Positions 58,804 to 64,000 of a DNA stretch of 64,000 nucleotides are shown piece by piece (position 1 is the stretch's first letter; each line of letters begins with the position of its first letter). Position numbers and translations under genes: made by a program. The notes under the pieces are model-generated. The model made no database searches and was not told the origin of the DNA. It saw nothing but the letters and a program-made list of their open reading frames with translations. The stretch is from a virus, in the IMG/VR virus record IMGVR_UViG_3300013117_000371; one strand, 5' to 3'.

Positions 58804-61800
58804 GTGAAGAAAAGCAGCTTGACCCAACCCCCGGGGGTCATCGACCGGGGCACTTCCTTTAGGGAGGAAATTTTGAACACGCTGGATTTTGGTGCGGTCA
58901 TGGAGCAGGAAAACTGGCAGGAGGACATCGACCTCTCCTGCCCATTCTGCGACGGCGAGAACCATCGGAAGTACGAAGAGTTGGACGAAGACGAGGTCTT
59001 CCAGGTCGTGTTCAGGTACTGCAAGGAGCAGATGCTCATGCCTCTGGGAGACTTCTTCACCGAGAACGCCGGGCGCCTCGGCATGACAGGGGAGTACGAA
59101 GAGCTGGACGACGACGCCAAAGCCACAGTGGTCCAAGCGTTCATCGACGACTTCGGCGTCGACGAAGAGGACGTAAAAGAGTACTATGCCCACAACGCCT
59201 ACGAGTTCGAATTCGAGCCCTGCGAGGAGTGCTATGAAGGGCATGTCGACCTCGACGTCATCTGGAACACCGCCTACGAAGTGGACGTGCCCTACACATG
59301 CACGGCCGGGTGCATGGCCGGGGGCTACTACGAGGACTTGCGGAAGAAGGCTCTGCAGTTCGGTTTCCTGCTCATCGAGCACGGGCAGAGGTACTGGTTG
59401 GTCATGCTCAGCTGCGGCCAGGACAACACCTGGCGCATCCACTACACCCGCTACGTCATCCAGGGATACCTGGAACTGGAGGACATAGAAGCCTGCTTGG
59501 GCAACTACGGCGCTCACGTCTTCCTGGAAGGTGAAGAGAAGAGGAAACTCCTGGCGTACTTCAAGGAACGACTCCCTTCCCCCCTGCAACGGGTCCACCG
59601 CTGCGCGCTTCGAGAGAAGGACTTTGCCCGAATCGAAGATGCTGAAGTCGACCGGGCGCTGCACAACCGGGAAGTACAGGAAGAAGATCTCCCCAACCGG
59701 TACTTCATAGTCCGCTCTGCGGTAGTATTGGAAGGGGAGTACACTGTCATCGCCAGGACCAGGGGGGAAGCACTCCACAAGCTTGAGGCGTTCATTGCGA
59801 ACCCGCAAAACCCCGACGTGACATTCAACGACGAGAAAATCGTCGGCGAGGTACCAGTAGGTGCCGAGGAGATTGGAGGCATGTCGAAAGATGAATGACA
59901 ACACCGTCTTCAAGATCGAGTTCACCGCTGATGACATCTGGGAGTCCCTCTTCGGGTCCGCCTACGACGACTGCGAGAAGGTGCCCTCCCCGGAAGAAGT
60001 GCGAAGCTGGGTACTCACCCACAGCAACGCCCTACGCACAAGAATGAGCGAGAAGTTCTGGGAGCTGCTGGAGGCGATGCTGAGCGTCCACCCGTTAAGG
60101 GGAGCATCCAATGGAAACAAACAGCCGAGGAAGCCAAGGAGGGGCCTCGTGAATCCTGAAAAAGTAGTCAAGATAGTCATCGACGACCAGCCCGTGAGTC
60201 CCCGAGAAGACGACAACCTCGGGACCATGGTGTGCTACGCCAGGAACTACGACCTGGGGGACAGGGACCATGGAGTTCCCCCACCAGAAGAGTTCAGCGG
60301 GTGGGAGGAAATGGAAGCCTGGATCTGGAAGAACCTGGACCCGGCCGTGGTCCTCCCCCTCTACCTGTACTCCCACAGCGGTATCACCATGCGCACCTAC
60401 CCCTTCACCTGCCCTTGGGACAGCGGACAGGTGGGTTTCATCTTCATCTCGAAGACAAAGGCGCGGGAGGAGATGTGCTGGAAGCGTCTCAATAGAGGCC
60501 GCATCACGAAGATAAAGGAATACCTGCGCAGCGAGGTAGATGTGTATGACGACTACCTCATCGGTGCCGTTTACGGCTTTCAGGTCTTTGGTGGGAATGG
60601 GGAAATCGAAGACTCGTGTTACGGCTTCTTCGGAGGGGACCACAAAAGGAGTGGGTTGTTGGACTGTGTCCAATACTACCTTGACCAAGGCTATACCCTG
60701 GAGGACGCATGAGCCACAACGAATCCATACGCAGTATCTTCGCTGCTGCAGTAGCCGAAATCCCGGCGCACTTCAGGGAAGACGACTGGTTCCAATGCCT
60801 AAACTGCTCCGCACACACGCAAGGCTATCAGGTCCTGCTGGATACCAGCGGCAACCGCCGATGCCCGGATTGCTGCAGCATCGAGTTGGTGCCGAGCGCC
60901 GAGCCTGAGGACCCAGTATGACCTGGATTGCCTTGAAGATAAACGACAAGTGGTGGAAAGTCCCCGCCCGCAAGCGGCGAGGCAAACGTGTCGAGTTGTA
61001 TGATGTGCCCTGGTCTTGCCGCCTAGCGGCAATGGCTACAGAGGTCGTCGACATGAGCACTGGGCGGGTTCTCAAAAGCCGCCGGGAAGGAACGGCGATA
61101 TCCTCCTCCGACTACGCAAACGCCCCCCAATTGTCACTCTGGAAAATGGAGAAAATAACCGGATGGGCGCAGCCCACAGGAGAAAAATGAACGACCAACG
61201 CACCTGGAGCTACAACATCACCGTCCCCCTTACCACGGTCAATTTCCCGGGGCCCCTCCTGGTGGCCCTGAACGAACACTTGGTGGCAGGGGACCTGTTC
61301 ACGGTCGGGTTCGTAACCAGCAGGGGGCCAATGGAAGAAGGTACTCCACTGGTCGCCATCGGCCTGGAGGACACGCCCGAGGAGCTGATCGAGCAGGAAA
61401 TCGCCCTCCTCATCTGGCGTACTGTCGGGGGCTACGTCCCCATTGAAATCTCAGTGACGGAGCACTGGCCCCCCACCGGGGACGGCTATGAATTCACCAC
61501 AGAAGAGTACGACGCCGAAAAGGAGGAGGGAAACCTATGAGCAAGCGATACACCCCAGTAGTGCATCGCATCGAAGAGGACCTACTTACCGAGAACCCCA
61601 ACTTGGGAGTAGACCTCACCTTTGGAAAGGGCAGGCAACCAACCCACTGGCCCTGCGAGATCGCCCTCCTGTGGGAAGACCGCAGATGGACCACGGAAGT
61701 CTGCGAGATCCCCAACAGCCTCGGCGAGGGTGCCTCCGACAAGGAAATCACAACGTGGTGGTTAAAAACCTACAGGGACCTCCCGCAGTACAGAGGGCTC

Positions 61801-61833
61801 GCCGAGATAATGGTCTACAACGTCAAGCGCTAA
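58804..61833 (+). other. Plus-strand cluster of acidic hypothetical CDS (58804-59898, ~59891-60712, 60709-60921, 60918-61190, ~61187-61540, 61537-61833)
   Basis: Chained ATGA overlaps; LPLYLYSHSG..WDSGQVGFI motif in the 60.1-60.7 kb protein. Confidence 0.7.
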
Positions 61834-61846
61834 CGAAGGAGAAAAT

Positions 61847-62461
61847 ATGGCAGTTTCTACACTACGAGATCCCACCATGCACCCTTGCCCCCACTGCGAC
61901 AGCCTCGCCGAGGTCGTCTTTGCCTCGGACGGCCTCCACCATCCCATGTGCTCCGAGGCAGCCTGCTGGGTGGGGCCCGGCTGCAAAATCACCCACGACA
62001 AGGCCGTCATAGCTTGGAACAGGATGATCGACGGGCCGGACAATGCAGGTTTCCTCTCTCTGGCCCTCTGCTCCTGCTGCGACAATGCACCCGTAGTGAT
62101 GTCCAACCACTATGGCAACCACCGAGTCTGCTGTACAGGCGAGTCCTGCGGGTGCACGGGACCATCCTCTGGGAATCGAGAAGAAGCCATCGCCGCCTGG
62201 AACAGAGTCATGAGGTACGCTGCAACCGGGAGAGCCAACCCGAAGAGGACAAAAATAACACCGCTTGATGCCTCTATGATCATAGCTCGGCTCGCCGCCA
62301 TCAGCGACGAATGCGGAAAGGCCGCCGACGATGCTCTCGAATGCGGCCAGGAGTACGCTCTAGCGAAGATTCACCATATCGACCGCCGGGTAATGCGGCT
62401 GCACGCCGAAATCACCGAGGCCTATGGGACCGCAAACGCGCAAGAAGAGGAGCTACCATGA
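61847..62461 (+). CDS. Lar-like (restriction-alleviation family) protein with two tandem Zn-ribbon modules
   Basis: HPCPHC..CSEAAC..AVIAWNR and LCSCC..CCTGESC..EAIAAWNR. Confidence 0.65.
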   Translation: MAVSTLRDPTMHPCPHCDSLAEVVFASDGLHHPMCSEAACWVGPGCKITHDKAVIAWNRMIDGPDNAGFLSLALCSCCDNAPVVMSNHYGNHRVCCTGESCGCTGPSSGNREEAIAAWNRVMRYAATGRANPKRTKITPLDASMIIARLAAISDECGKAADDALECGQEYALAKIHHIDRRVMRLHAEITEAYGTANAQEEELP

Positions 62462-62527
62462 GCAGCTTGTACAATCGCTTGAAGGGCGGGGACCTTCGGC
62501 TCCTGAGCGGTACTACCCACACCGTAG

Positions 62528-63652
62528 TCAACAACCCTCGACTGAAGTCGAGGGCTTGTAGGTAGGAGCAACATGAATGGTCGCACCCCCTACCATCGGC
62601 CGGTTGACAGCGGCCCTGGCGCTCAAATTCAGCGCCGCGATGTGGTCGGCCGGGCCGGAACGGCCACAGGCCCGACACGAAAACGAGTCTCTCGTGGGTC
62701 GGTTCCGCTTCGAGATGTGCCCACAGTCGGGGCACTCCCGACTGGAGTTGCGGGGGTCAACCACGAATACCGGAACTCCAGCCCGTCGGGCCTTGTACTC
62801 TACGAAGGCCCGAAGTTGGGCGAAGCTCCAGTTGTGCAATCGATTGCGTTGGCGCTTTCTGGCCTGTACCCGGCCACGGATGCCCTTGAGATCTTCCAGG
62901 GCAATTCCTCGTCGGGAGCGTTGCGCCTCCTCTACGATTGCTTTGCTGATGCAATGGTTTACGTCGCGCTGATATCTGGCTTGGCGGCCGGACACCTGCT
63001 TCAGTTTCCGTTTCGCCGCCTTGCTGCCATTCTTCTGAAGATTCTTGCGGCGATGCTGATACTTGCGCCGGTTGTCCTCTACGGCTTCCCCGGAGTAGCT
63101 TCGTCCATCGCTGTCGCAGGCGAGATTGACAATTCCGAGGTCAACCCCAAGAACACCCTCAGGAAAGAAGGTTTCAGGATCATCGATGTCGCAGACAACT
63201 CCGATGTACCAAGAGCCGCGAACGAACATGAGGTCAACTTGTCCATGGGCGTGAGAAAGCATGGCCCGTTGATGCTCACCGCAGACGAAGGGAATCTTTT
63301 GCCTGCCTTCAAGCGTCCAGATGGACACCGTGTCTTCCTTGCAGAACCGGAAGATTCTGTCGTCGTATGGCTGAGCGGAGTGCTTGCGGAAAGCCCGCTG
63401 CTTGCCTTTGAACACCTTGTACGCATCAACGACCTTGCCGACGCACCGCACAGTCATTTGGGCCGAAAGACCGAACCGTTCCCTGGCTGTACGGTAGACT
63501 TCGGATTGGAGGCGATAGACCTGAAAGCACTTGTGCTCCCATGCCTGAGTGCTGATCCAGTTGCAAGCTTCGTTGGAGCGTTCCAGGGTTGCCCGCAAGG
63601 CTTCCGCCTGCTCTGGCGACGGGAGAAGTTTTATGTTGGCAACCAGCTTCAT
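62528..63652 (-). CDS. tnpB: TnpB RNA-guided endonuclease
   Basis: RuvC-I LGVDLGI, RuvC-II IALEDL, Zn finger CPDCG..CRACG, RuvC-III ADHIAALNL; start ATG 63652. Confidence 0.95.
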   Translation of the reverse strand: MKLVANIKLLPSPEQAEALRATLERSNEACNWISTQAWEHKCFQVYRLQSEVYRTARERFGLSAQMTVRCVGKVVDAYKVFKGKQRAFRKHSAQPYDDRIFRFCKEDTVSIWTLEGRQKIPFVCGEHQRAMLSHAHGQVDLMFVRGSWYIGVVCDIDDPETFFPEGVLGVDLGIVNLACDSDGRSYSGEAVEDNRRKYQHRRKNLQKNGSKAAKRKLKQVSGRQARYQRDVNHCISKAIVEEAQRSRRGIALEDLKGIRGRVQARKRQRNRLHNWSFAQLRAFVEYKARRAGVPVFVVDPRNSSRECPDCGHISKRNRPTRDSFSCRACGRSGPADHIAALNLSARAAVNRPMVGGATIHVAPTYKPSTSVEGC

Positions 63653-63688
63653 CGATTCTATGATAGAAATGCGCAAATGGCTTGTCAA
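63653..63688 (-). promoter_or_regulatory. tnpB promoter giving a probably leaderless mRNA
   Basis: TTGACA (63688-63683), 17 nt, TATCAT (63665-63660), 7 nt, ATG; no RBS. Confidence 0.75.
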
Positions 63689-64000
63689 GGGGAAAGCGCC
63701 TATCCCTCCACCGACTCAAGTCGGTGGCTTCTCGGTGCAAAGGCGGGACTGTGATTCTGGAGCCCGATGACTTCTACAAAATAGAGATTCAAGTCACTGA
63801 TACCGGAGTCACTCTGCGCCTGGTGCCTATAGTTGACTTCGGAGAACCTGGAGGGAAGTAAGATGCAGCAACTAATTAATGCCTACCGCTATCTCTACGA
63901 CGGCGTCTCCGACATGATTGAGGGGAGAAACCTTTGAGCGCAACAAACTACCAAGAAATGATTGGCCGACTGAAGCGGGCCAGGAAACCCTACGCCCGCA

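Larger units (their letters stand above)
62527..63750 (-). mobile_element. IS200/IS605-family non-autonomous (TnpB-only) element, about 1224 bp
   Basis: Subterminal hairpins CCACCGAC-TCAA-GTCGGTGG (63708-63727) and CCCTCGAC-TGAA-GTCGAGGG (62535-62554); right end ..GTTGAC; no tnpA. Confidence 0.85.
62458..63861 (+). pseudogene. 59-aa gene interrupted by the TnpB element (62458-62526 joined to 63751-63861)
   Basis: Removing 62527-63750 restores MSSLYNRLKGGDLRLLSGTTHTV-VILEPDDFYKIEIQVTDTGVTLRLVPIVDFGEPGGK*. Confidence 0.75.

Noticed and set aside
62527-63750. Autonomous IS with TnpA
   Set aside because: The element has room only for tnpB; no HUH/Y1 or serine recombinase ORF.
63863-64000. Possible frameshift in the ORF after the interrupted gene
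   Set aside because: The ORF stops after 24 codons and another frame runs off the window edge; cannot be evaluated here.
1-64000. tRNA, tmRNA or rRNA genes
   Set aside because: No cloverleaf with T-loop and D-loop consensus or rRNA signature found in the intergenic gaps by eye.

Overview
This 64-kb window looks like part of a large (jumbo-type) tailed dsDNA phage genome, roughly 60% GC by eye. Genes are tightly packed, have strong GGAGG ribosome-binding sites and show frequent ATGA/TGATG overlaps. I see no host housekeeping context, tRNA, rRNA or CRISPR array. Recognisable genes: a SNF2 helicase, two orphan DNA methyltransferases plus a remnant of a third, an XRE regulator, a five-repeat HTH protein, a 2012-aa single-chain beta/beta-prime RNA polymerase, a probable portal, a probable baseplate spike, a signal-peptide-bearing beta-helix module, a peptidoglycan-binding hydrolase, a Lar-like protein and a TnpA-less IS200/IS605 TnpB element that splits a small gene. 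Three things stand out. (1) A shared N-terminal leader (FxxG[FM][LF]A[AG]...[LF]EKx[AG]) and many internal K-x-A sites occur in putative head proteins, suggesting a capsid-targeting and proteolytic maturation code. (2) The fused RNAP lacks the beta-prime N-terminal zinc-binding domain and has a substituted rifampicin pocket. (3) There appear to be two promoter classes: sigma70-like TTGACA-17-TAGNNT promoters, and a recurring GYTATAAG motif ahead of nearly every plus-strand gene island. All functional calls rest on motif recognition only; no searches were run.
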